Source: Rhina ancylostomus (taxonomy: Eukaryota). Taken from it: DNA of 64,000 nucleotides. The position numbers were made by a program, and so were the translations under genes. The stretch covers positions 20,276,896 through 20,340,895 of the forward strand of contig JARFYF010000055.1 in assembly GCA_030265395.1 (NCBI GenBank), in the 5' to 3' direction. Below are positions 52,239 through 64,000 of this stretch, one piece after another. The notes under the pieces are model-generated. The model ran no database searches and had not been told where the DNA came from. It was given only the letters and a program-made list of their open reading frames with translations. Numbering within the stretch: position 1 is the first letter of the stretch; every line of letters begins with the position of its first letter.

Positions 52239-52732
52239 ATGAAAGAGAGAAAAGCAATAATTGTTTTACTTTGCAATTGCTTTCCCCTTCCTCGTTAAGA
52301 TTGAAGTCTCTTATTTTCTGGATCCTTGAGTATCAGGAAAAATCTAGAGGCATTCATTGTTGGATGTTTCAATGCTTATATCCAATTCAATCAATAAATA
52401 CCTCTTAAAGTGCAGTGATAGCACTTTCTCAATGTTTGGGCATTTTTTTCAAACCTGAAAATCTAAATGTTCTTGGATGTTCTTTAGTCTTCTGAAATTA
52501 ACATGGCTGTAGATGTTGGAAAAAAAAATTAGAGCTATTTGAATTTTGAAGTGTGCATGTCAAATGGCAGAAAGCTTACCTGCTTCAGCAGTTTTGAGAA
52601 TTATTTAGTTTTGAGGGACTTGCATTGTCCTCTCAGTGGATATTGTATTATTTTCTGTGATTACTGCATGAGTAAAACTTTTAGCTCTGTGGATCTTATT
52701 CCATTTATCCAGATGATTTTAATGTTGGATAA

Positions 52733-52897
<165 letters not shown>

Positions 52898-53544
52898 TAA
52901 TTGTATCTCATTCACCTTTTATGCTCAGAACATTATTTAAAAGAGTGTTTAGTTTTCAGTATTGATAGAAGTGTATTCGCTTTGAGAAAGAGTGACTGAA
53001 ATCTTTATCAAGAGGCACCTTTTGTTAGTATTCACCTGTGTTTCACCTAGTCTTGGGCAACCCCTGAACTGGAACTTTAAAGCCATTGTGGGACCGTGGA
53101 TCTTGGAGCAAAAAAAAATTTTTAAACAAATTTTACAAGAGAACAGGCTAATCAGTATTTTCAGCAACTGAAATATCCCAAGCAGTGTTGTGTTGCAACA
53201 TTATTTGATTCAATCAACTGTGCTATTGTTTATTAGATGCTCTTTTTATTTTTTTCTGTTGCAAGTCTGAAAGTTCTCAAAGTTGTTATACCTGGAATGG
53301 TAGCTTGGCCACATCAACTGGTGCAAAATTCTCAGGAGTTCATATTCTTAGTAGCAATAATAACTTCCTGAGCTGCATCTTTTTAATTTTGTTTCTTGCT
53401 GCAACATTATTCCTGTTCACTGAAATTGCATTTGCTGATGATGAATTGTCAGATTGAGTTATATTCTACAAATAGTGTATTGAAGCCTGTCTATTCTTGG
53501 ACATTCTTTAAAATTTAATATCTTAACAGCCAAGGCCAATATTA

Positions 53545-53813
53545 CGTAGCTGACCCCTGTGTTACGGCTGTTTAGATAACAGAAATTCGCCCATACAGAA
53601 TCCACAAATCAATATCCAAACATATAAGAGACAGAAAATTTGCTTTCACAGAGTTTATGTGGGTGAAATAAAGGGAAGTAAATAAACACATTTTTTTCCC
53701 AACTTGCATTTCTTAACACATGCATAGATGATGCAGCTTTGCAACACGGAATCACAATGAGGACCATTTTCTAGGAACATAACCCCAATTCAGTAACGCA
53801 GGGGTGACCCATA
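53545..53813. mobile_element. Tigger/pogo-like MITE
   Basis: Terminal inverted repeats ACCCCTGTGTTAC (53553-53565) and GTAACGCAGGGGT (53793-53805), 12/13 match; TA dinucleotides nearby; subterminal GGAACATAACCCC. Confidence 0.6.
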
Positions 53814-56329
53814 ATTGAATTGAAGCAGGAGTACATTTTATAGCTTTGTCTTAAGATTACCATAATAGAATGTAAATTATTTTTCATTTTTCTTGATAAT
53901 GAATGTTTGGAAAATAGTTTGGTGTCAAATTTCTGGAGATACTTTTTGTGTTGCTGTTTTAATTATGGCTTTAAAATCTAAAGATTTCCTCAGTTAAGGA
54001 ATGCTTTGGTGAAATAAATCCCTTATTAAATGATTTATTTTGGCACAGTAACTAACAGTTAAGAGATTAAGTTTCTGTCAACACACTTGCTCTGTACTCA
54101 CTTTGAAATTGTTTCCATGCACTAGGATTGAAATTAAGGCAGAGCCAGCCAAATAGATTGGTTCAATAAGTGACATATTCAGTAACCAATCAAATGTTCA
54201 AATATTTTCTTGGCTTAAATTGCTGATTATTATAAAGAAATTTGAAATACTACTTTGACTAAAGAATGCAATTTTAAATTTGTTCCTCTGGTATAGAGCT
54301 TCATTTGTTACATTGCTACATAAAACTGTAATAAGTACACATTTTCAAAATTACCTGTTTTTTTCTTAAATATATACAGTTTCCAGTATACTTAGCATGA
54401 GCATCAATTTTCAGACTAGCTAGTGGCAATTCACATTAGCGCACCAGGGCATTGTAATACTGGTTCTTTTATCTTCTGTTCACTACACAGTGAGTTCTGT
54501 ATCTTAACCGATCAGGCATAAAATGGAAACAAAGGAAATTGGGGATAAACTTTCTTGGTGTATTTTCAATAAAGTTGGAAATGTTAATTTTCATTAGAAA
54601 AATCGCCTTTTTCATTGAGTAGTTGTTGAAAGGCTAAATAGTTATAAATGGACATAATTGTGATATACCATCATCAACTTGGTTTAGTTTCTCTTAAGCT
54701 AATTCTGCAACAAGTTGTCTTATTATGATGAGAATATGAATGAATAACATATAGTTTACTCAGGGAAAAAAATGTAAACAGTGCTCTGATCTCTATTTAG
54801 AAGAGAGATTATTCAGCTTTTCTACATCTGATAGAAACTCAAAGCATTGACTAGTCAGCCATTCTCCCATATCTTGGGACTTCATTAGAGAATGATGAAT
54901 AAATCAGCCATAGTTTATGAATTCCTTGGTCTGTGCTGTATTTCCCAGGATTAGAGAAACTGTTTAAAATAATCCACCATAACACTGCAAAATAACTTAA
55001 TGGTAGGTTGATTCATTAACTGTGGATAAATTATCACTTTGCATACTTTGCAATTTTAAGAAACACATTGGAGAAATGTGCATTCTGTTTGTGGCTTTGG
55101 GCTTTAAGCAGCTCCTTTCCTAAATGGCCAGTAGTGACATCTGAACTTGGTATTGCAAACGACTTGAACTTGTAGAAAAATGCTGCATCCTACTATCTCT
55201 GATTTACTACACAACAGTTGTAATTTTCCATTTTGATTCAGCTACTATAAAATTTTTTCTAATTTTCCTGGACTATATGGACAACCACCATCTTGGCTCT
55301 TATCAATGAAAGGACAAGTTGCTCTGTCAGTTTTATTCAAGTATTCATTATTAATAGAAAAGTAACCTAGCCTTGAATTGAATTAAATTCTATGATGTCG
55401 ATGGCACTCTGTCACATTTGCACATTTATGTTTATGAATGATAGCCTTCATATCTGTAAGAGATTGTAAGCTCTCTCGGTGCTTTAGGTCAGGGTTTTTA
55501 TACTTATAACAACCATTGATATTTTGCTGACTGTATTTCTTTGTACAAAGTCATCCCGGTTCTCATTTATTGGAAAAGTGGCTTGTCACTTCAATGGGAT
55601 ACCTTTGCAAAGGACCAGTGGGTCTGTTGCCATCTCAATTTGTACTCCTGATGACTATCTCCTTGGTTTTTTTATAACTATGTAGCTCTGGATATTAGTC
55701 TTTGACCACTTTGGTCAAAGTGGTGGCTATACATTCACTTTATTACATTGGGCAGGTTGGTCACTGCAATTTCCTATGTATTTTATTTTCTGAAAGAAAT
55801 CTGATATTTTCATGTTTTATGCGTGCAGATCTTTATTTTTAAATCAACTTTATTGACCTTGCCAAATATTTGTAGACCTAAAATCAATTTGCACTTTCTG
55901 CCCCAATACTGTTGTAAAGGTTTCATTGCCTTTTCTAGTAATTGTGCTTTCTCCCCACACAGTAGTTATAGAACAGCAAGCTTGCCATTGCTTTTCGTGA
56001 AAGCTGAGCACTTGAGGAGTGCTGTCAAAACACTTTGTATCTACAGTATAAACTGTCATCTCAAGTTGTGGGAAAGTACTGTATATTGTATGTGGATGAA
56101 GTATTTCTTTATCATGCTGTTGTATGAATTCTACTTATTACCTAACTGAAACTGGGCCAAATGAGTTTTGCACATCCCACAGGTTTAGTTCCAGAACTGA
56201 CCCAGCGCTCCTTAATGATATAATCTGCTTTTAGTAGAGTTTTAGGAAGAGGATTGTTGACTGGGATACTACTCTTCCTTGAATAGTTCCATGAGATCTC
56301 TCATTTTCACTTGAAATGACAGATGGGTT

Positions 56330-57115
56330 GCACTTGGACACTCGGATCCCTCTGCATCTCCAAGCTCTGTACTCCATCACTATTTAGATATTGTGCAGAT
56401 TTTTTATTTTTCTGCCAAAATGGACATGTTCATATTTTTCAGCCTTGCACTGCATTTACCAGATCTTTATCCTCTCACTTAATCTCTTTATATCCCTTTA
56501 CAGCTTTCTTATGTCCTCCTTACAACTAGCTTTGCTACCTATGTGATATCAGCAAATTTAGCAACCAAACCTTCATGCTGCCTTCTCCCAAGTCATTTAT
56601 ATAAATTGCAAAGTAGAGGTCCCAGCACTGACTCCTGTGATATATCTTTTGTTACATCTTCCCAACCAGAAAAAGACTATTTCTGCCAAATCTGTTTCCT
56701 ATTAGCCAGCCAGTCTTCCATCCATACCAATATATCCTATATATTGAGCTTTCATTTTCTACAGTGACCTTTGATGCAGCACCTTATCAAATGCCTTCTC
56801 TAAATCTAAGTATAGTTCATCCATTGTTTTCCATATCCACAACACATGTTACTTCAAAGAACTTAAGTAAGTTGGTTAAACATTATTTTCCCCATCACTA
56901 AAAGATATCGACTTGCCTAATTAACTTGAAATTTTCTAACGTACCCTGCTATATTGTCTAATAATGGCTTCTGACAGCTTCCCTATGACAGATGTTCTTA
57001 TGGCCTTTTTGAATAAAGGAATTACATTAGTATTTTCTAATTTAATGAGACCTTCTCCATGTCCAGGAAATTTTGGAAAATTAAAACCAATGCATCAGCT
57101 ATTTCACTGGCCATT
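56330..57115 (-). mobile_element. CR1 LINE RT fragment in PSMB2 intron 2
   Basis: ATCAGCAAATTT (reverse of KFAD), CCCAGCACTGACTCCTGTG (PQESVLG) and TTATCAAATGCCTTCT (KAFDK) read on the - strand. Confidence 0.8.
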
Positions 57116-57234
57116 TTAAAAGTTCTGCTGAGGAGTTTGGTGTTAATATGAAAAAAAGAAAATTAAGTTCAAAATTAAGTATCAATTTACGGACAAAATT
57201 GGGAGACTATTCATCCTTGTTTTCATCTTTGCAG

Positions 57235-57305
57235 GTTATGAACTGTCTCCTACAGCAGCTGCTAACTTTACTCGTAAAAACTTAGCAGAGTACCTCCGAA
57301 GCCGG
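57235..57305 (+). CDS. PSMB2: PSMB2 coding exon 3 ([24 protein letters not shown])
   Basis: Acceptor TTTGCAG (AG 57233-57234); 71 nt; in frame with exon 2; canonical donor GTAAGT at 57306. Exon 4 (TPYHVNLLLAG...) not found in the remaining 6.7 kb. Confidence 0.97.
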
Positions 57306-60300
57306 GTAAGTGAACTAAGCATAACTGCTAAAGACTTTTTAGTAAAAATCTGAGTTATATATTTTTAGAAAGAAGGTAAGTACATAACTTAAAGATTAGA
57401 AATTATAAAATCTAGTGTTGCAACACATAATTGGGCCATTAAATCTGCTCATTTTCCACTTGAGGGACTTGGCCAGTAATCTTCTGAGATCCTGTTCTGT
57501 AGTCTTTAAATTGAGTAGGTAATGCACTTAACTAATTTGGATTCTGTTAAATATGAAAGAAGTTTATATTATCGTTTTCTAGTCCTATCGTTAATTAGTC
57601 CCTTTGAGTAATTTCCATTTTGTCGTAAAATGTGAACCTATGGGAATTCACTAGAGCAATGTTATTTGCCCATAGTATCATAACATAATTAGGATAATTC
57701 AAGTTTACAGTATCAAATGCTAGTTTAGTTCAAATATCATTCACACTTCTGTTTTGCCAGAGCATCTATATTTATTATTATTATGGTAAATTATTTGTAA
57801 GGAAAGGTGAGTGAGAGTGGATTTATAAGATGTCCTTCTCAAGCATGTATTGTCTTGGGATTTGACCAAGAAATAATATAAATGAACCTATGAATGGTAT
57901 CAGATTTGATCACTGTATTTTCTTTTGTCAGTAAGGATTTTTTTTTAAACTTGAAGATGTGAGTACTGATATTTCATTTTACACCCACCCAACCCACCCC
58001 CCACCCAAAAAAAACAGGGTATGCTGCTTAACATCCTATTTGTACTTGCCATTACGGAATACCACTCCACATTGCTGTTTGCAGAGTTAGTTTTACATAG
58101 CCAGTTTGTCAGTAAAACTTTAAAAATGTATTACAATTGAGCTGTTGTTGACGTATTTGTGGTTGTGAACTTTTACTGCATTCTGTTAACATTCATGACT
58201 CCTTAAATTGTCCTTTTATGTTAAAGATAAAACTAATTAGTCTTGGCTTCATTCTTGAAAAATATGGATCTTGCACATGTAATCTTGGCTTTTCATCCTG
58301 GGGAGTGTGTCCTCTGGAGTGCCAAAATTAACTGTCAGTGGTACAAATCATGGAGTTTCATAATACATGGAAATCAATGTACCAACTATCCATTTGCAGT
58401 GTCATACCAATATTTTCAGGTTCTTCTCTAGGTTTTCATTGGGTGTTTTCAATTCCTAGTGGATTCAAGTGAGTTAATTAAGTTGGATGTAAAAGCTTCT
58501 GTACAAGTTTTATTTAAAACAGCTGTTGGTTGGGCTAATGAAAAGGAAAAAACCCACCTCAACCTCATGCTAAAATTAGACTTTTGTAAACTCAATATTT
58601 TTATTAACACTTTGGAATATACTGTCTGCAAATTGTATTGTGTTACTATAGCCTTCAGCTCTGGTTTTAATGCATCTGCCTGGGCAAGTATTTTAGCAAA
58701 AGACATACTCCTCTTTCCCCCAACCTTTCAAGGAAAACACATCTGTCCATGCCAGTGGTCTCCCTGTTGTGTAGTCCATCTGGAGTAGGCAGGCTGTTGG
58801 GCAAGTCCAGGCATAGGCAGGCTGTGGGGATCAAACACTGGGGACTTCAGCTGCACCTCACGACCTTCACTAACCAAAATCTTGTTAATTACCTTATTAC
58901 AGAATTTATTTTAATCACTTGTAACAAGTCACAATTGCAATGCTCTGGCAAGGGAGCTCAAACCATTCACAGCATTTACCTGTGCCATATGTTGCTAATC
59001 ACATGATCGGTGACAGACATCTAATCAGCTAGTCTCATCAGCCCCCCATTGCACTTTGCACAGAAGGGTGGGCAAAACATCCCAATTAAATTATCCATAA
59101 TTGATGATGTTGTATTGGCACTGAACCTTGCCCTCCCTTGACACCTAACGTTTTTAGTTAGCCAGCTGTTTAATTTTCCCTGGTGGATTGGAATTGTGAT
59201 CTCAATGGAAGAATGTGTTTAGAATGAGCTAAAGGATGGAACAGCACTTATTTCCCAGAGCTGTGGTTGCTGCCTATCCTGGATTCTAGACAGTACAACC
59301 AGCTGCAATTATTACTCTGACTCCACCCCCATGAGTGATAAAATTCATGATGCTTAGTATGTTTGACAGGGTGTTAGCCTCTGGAGTCTCAAATTTGTAT
59401 TCTTAGAACAGCAATTGTGATGGGAGATTATAATACAAGATTTGATATTTTTGCCCTAGTTTTGGAATAAGTTAATGTTAACTTGGATAATTGGTGAGCA
59501 GGTATTTTGTGTGAAACCTATTTTCAGATTGCTATTGGAAATGATTGTGGGGTGGGTAAAAATGGTTGGCAGATATGATTTAAATATTCCATTATTAAAA
59601 ATAGGTTAACATAGTGCAAATATTTCATTATTGGCAGAATGGCACATTTACATGGTTAAATGCACATTGAATCCTGAACAGTAACATAGTGAGATCACAC
59701 TAAACAAGTCTCAGCTCGTTCAAATTATGTTTCTCAGTTCAGACATGTGTCAATCTTCCAGCTCATAGACCTATGGTTTAGATCATGTCAATGTTAGTTT
59801 TGTTATATTGTTTAATGATAACATTTGAACATGTACAAAGGCTCAGTGCAGAACTTAGCTGCGATGTGCAGAATTTCCTTTCAGGAAATTTGGAAAAAGT
59901 TTTCTTAATCTTTTAGGCAGCATTCACGTAATACTTCTTATAATACATGAAATATGTTGAATATTCAACTTTAGAAAAATAAGTGCAGAAGATAAATCAC
60001 CACATACAACTAAATTTAAACATAGTGTTTTGTGAAATTTTGTGCTGGTCAAGCACACTCATAAGTACTGTATGCATTTTCCATAAATTTCTATTAAGGG
60101 AGATGTTTAACTTAGTTCAGGCGCCATTGAGTTAGTGATAACTCCTGGTAATCCAGTCATCTAGCTCTCTTCCAGACATCCTGTCACCAGCTACATTCCA
60201 AACCTGCTGCAAAGACGTACAAATGAGTTTGTAACCTTAATTTATTGGAGCATGATTTTTATATTTAAAGATGAGCAGATTTGTCTTTTTTAAAATATAT

Positions 60301-60399
60301 ATACTGTCAAACGATTGGCTCCTCTAATCAACATAATTTTAAGCTGTGCATATTTGATGGTAACACTTGTGAAATCAGTGATCCATATAATTATTGAAA

Positions 60400-60495
60400 C
60401 AAAGATCTGCAGAAGTTGGAAATCTGAAATTAAAACTGAATATGCAGGATGTACTCTGTCAGGCCGTATCTGTGGACAGGGAAGAAACAAGTTTT
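60400..60495 (-). repeat. Penelope-like terminal repeat fragment
   Basis: CTGCAGAAGTTGGAAATCTGAAAT..GTCAGGCCGTATCTGTGGA. Confidence 0.55.
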
Positions 60496-63400
60496 TAAAA
60501 AGCATCAAGTGATCATAATTATTATTTGCATTCTAGAGGAAAATAGCAATTAATGCAAGAAAATTAGATGGAAAATTTGTTTTCCCAATTTTTAGCCACA
60601 AATCCTTCCGGCAAAAAGACCCTAAAACTTAATTTGTATATGCCACTTAGTGATTCTGTTTAACCTGTACTTCCTGAACTAAATCTAACCTCGCAAAGCT
60701 GCAATTATTTCACAATTTAGAAGTGTAAAAGCACAATCTTTCGATTATTAAATATAAATAAAAGTAAAAGCAGTGTGAGTCTAGAGACCAATCTTACACC
60801 ATCATAAGATACATCTTCTGTATTTATCATTGAGTTAATTTCTATGTAATATTAAGCATTTTGTTTCAGGATATAACTAAAACAGTGATTAAAGTCTAAT
60901 TAAAGCTAGAAGACTGATTTCTGATAAAATGTAATTTAGCTACTGGAAGGTATTTTTAATTAAAATAGAAAGAAGAAAATGATTTGTTCTAAATATTAAT
61001 TAAAACAGTTGTCTCCCATTTATAAAGCCACAAAATGTATTGGCTACAACTCAACTGCATGAAACTTTTATGAGATTTTGTATCTAACTTTATCCAGAGT
61101 GAAATGCAAGACCATAGTATCTGGGACATTTTGCTCTGAAAATTTGATTGTGCCTTTTCTGGGGTGATGCATTATTAAATGACAGATATGATTTCTGTGG
61201 CAGTCACACAAGGCTGATGTTATTCTCTGTTCACTGTTTATTTTGAATTATAAGGGAAATTAAAACAAGTTTCCCAGAAGTGGCCATCATAGACATTTTT
61301 GGATTTTAATGCCACACCCCTATATTTTACACTTCTATAAGATGTTCTCATATTTAGATATTTCAGCTAACCCGCATTCCACAAATGTACAAAATCCTAG
61401 CCTTAAACCATCAAATTTCCTGTTCCAGGCATTTATCTTTAGTTACAAACTGGATCTCTGTTCCTTCCTAGCTCCAGTGCTTTTTTTTCAATTGGATACT
61501 TGGCACCCTCACAGTTCCAATCTATGTGCTAGTATGTTTAAGGCAGGAAGAAATGGAATCGCCATCAGTTATAATGTGAAATATTTTAAAGACTTGCCCC
61601 AATTATATTTGGTATTCATGTCCGTTTGTCTTTTTTTAGTGCCTGCAAACCTTTTAATGAAAAGGTTCATTCCAGTTAATAGGGTGTTTTTATTTCCAGC
61701 ATAATCCCCTGGTGCTGTTTGACCCTAAAGATGCTTAAAATTTGAGGTGTTCATTCTGGGGCTAGTTTGGCTTTAAAAGAAAATTGTAGTCCTATTGCAT
61801 CTGTGAAGTATGTTGCATGATCACTTGATGGAATAATTATGTTGCATTAGTGCCTCTTTTCTGAGATAATTTTCAAACTGATTTTGATATTGAGAAAATT
61901 CTCTTCACTGAATGGCCCCATACACTGAACAGACTTTGCACTTGAATAATCAAATATCAAAAGTGCAGCTTTAAAACGATTGTATTTGGTAGAGTTGATT
62001 TGCCAACTATACTTTTTGCAGCTTTCCCTATCAGCAGCAATATTAAAAGTGCAGCCAGGGCCAAGTCTCGAATTCTGCCTTTCATGTTGTTTAATTTAAC
62101 TGTCAAATTCCATTCCAAATTATTTTGGTACCTTCTACACAGGATGATCACATTATAGGGTTGCCTCTGCCAATGTTTTTGCATCTTTAATCAATCTTAA
62201 AAAGGTGGCATAAATCACTTACCCACTGACTTAACACATTTGCCAGTCTTTGTTTATGTATCACACTACATTTCATGATGTTGTGATGTTTCATTCATCT
62301 TTAGCTCCTTATAATATACTGTACCACTTGAACTCTGTACTTTACACTCTGTGATATTTTGTTATCCACTTTGAAGTGATTTTTTTTGAGATCTTAAGAC
62401 AATTTCTTTCACAGGCAAGTTTAATATATGAAAGAGTTGTAATTTTATTGACATCTGTAAAAGCAGTACCCTTTTGGGCTTTAGTTAAATTTTCTTCTCA
62501 AGTAATTTTGCTTTCAAAGAATATGGAGCATTATGGTGTTTGAATAGTTCAAGATTATTTGGCACTATGCTGAAATGTATTCTCACAGACTTTTTTTACA
62601 GGTAATCTGTACCATGCTTCTATATTTGAACTTTTAATGTCCATGAATAAATATGACTATTATGGAGCAATATTACTATAGGCTGCTGGATATTCTGAAA
62701 TTGTTCAGGGGGATTTTCAAGATAGAAGTTGGAGATTAAGTATTAAATGCCTGGGAAGCTTTGGTACCCACGTAATTTTTGATTCTGTAATGAATTGCCA
62801 AGCTAGTAGGTTGTTCAGAAAAATGTACAATCTAATGGTTACTGTCCACCACTGTAGGCAAAAATGAGCAATGCTTTTGGCAGCCAGTGAAATTGTTAGA
62901 ATATATTTGGCACTTAGAAACACCTGTTATTTCTGAGAGTTTTTGGAATGTGCTGTTTATAGATTTTTATCCTTGAAGCAACTAATATTAAATTTGAGCT
63001 TGCCTTTTAAATGTATTTATTTTGAATTCTGGTGCTTTAAATTCTTGTGCTACTTACTGCTGCAGCAGAAGCTGAGGGGTGGCATAGTAATGGGAATTGA
63101 AGAATTAAGCGGGGAAGTAGCACCTCACTGCCAAATTTATATTGCTGATTAGATAAATCAGAATTATTTTCATTTCAAATAGTATGAATGACCTATATGG
63201 TGTAAATGGAAGAAAGCATTGAAGCTTCTGCAAGGACCTCCATTGTTTTGAAAGACTCCAAAATATTTTACTTGAGCTCTTCAAAAGACATGTTCAGATA
63301 TACCATAAAATTGTTTTAAACTATAGAATTTTTATAGGAGATTAAAATTTTTCCTGGCATTGAAACAACTGATTTTGCAAAGCTTAAGAGTTTCGTGTTA

Positions 63401-64000
63401 AAGTTTAATTCTGAAACTTAAAATCAGTACATTGCATTCCTTTAATGATTGGCCAACTTTTGCCATTATATCCTAATTAACATGTTTCAGCTTATTCATT
63501 CATGGCAACAAATTTAGTCTTTTACCTCTACTCTGAAACAAAATACATTAAAATGGTCATTTAAGTCATTTTGTTTTTGGAGAATGCTGCTGAAATTAAT
63601 TCTTTTGCTGTATACAGGGAGTAATAATGTGTCAGGATTTCAAGACGCCTGTAATCCATAGTATATAGGAAATCATTATAACCATTTTAATTAAATGCTG
63701 GTGCAAGGATGTGTAATGGGAGGAACTGTCACGCTGTACTAAATAGTGTGCTTTAATGCTGTATGTGTATTCATTAGACATTTGATTAGTAATTATTGTA
63801 AAGATAGTGAACATGTTAATAAAGTAGGCCAAATTGTGTATGACACTACATGAATTTGTGTTCCCTGGCCCACTTAAACCCTGTGGGTCCAATGAATTGG
63901 AGGCCTCATTCCCAATGTGGTTCCAAAATGCAGTGCAGTCTGCAGTAATCGTCAAGGCCTTGTCAGGCCTACCCCCAGACTACTCTGGTCTTTAAATGGC

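Noticed and set aside
51506-52298. ORFs of about 200 aa on both strands
   Set aside because: They span an N gap and are stitched from CR1 fragments.

Overview
AT-rich vertebrate genomic DNA with several N gaps. The repeat content (CR1/HER1-like, Rex-Babar, L2, Penelope-like, SacSINE1/DeuSINE-like, Harbinger relics) suggests a cartilaginous fish (shark/ray); this is an inference. The only host gene I can support is the 5' part of PSMB2 (proteasome subunit beta 2) on the + strand: a CpG-island promoter at about 47.9-48.4 kb and coding exons 1-3 at 48175-48265, 52770-52892 and 57235-57305. I did not find exon 4 onward, so these probably lie beyond the window. I found no recognisable host gene in the ~48 kb upstream, only decayed transposable elements and several repeat-free, motif-dense blocks that look like enhancers. 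Most notable observations: (1) back-to-back inverted Penelope-derived ends carrying hammerhead-ribozyme core motifs; (2) a fossil two-gene Harbinger element (Myb/SANT gene on +, DDE transposase on -) with nested insertions; (3) a candidate regulatory block at 44.4-45.0 kb with an extended CTCF site, an octamer and an AP-2 site; (4) an ARE/CRE/E-box cluster in the PSMB2 promoter. I see no convincing evidence of a wholly new biological system. Repeat boundaries are approximate and family names come from recalled consensus sequences, not database searches.
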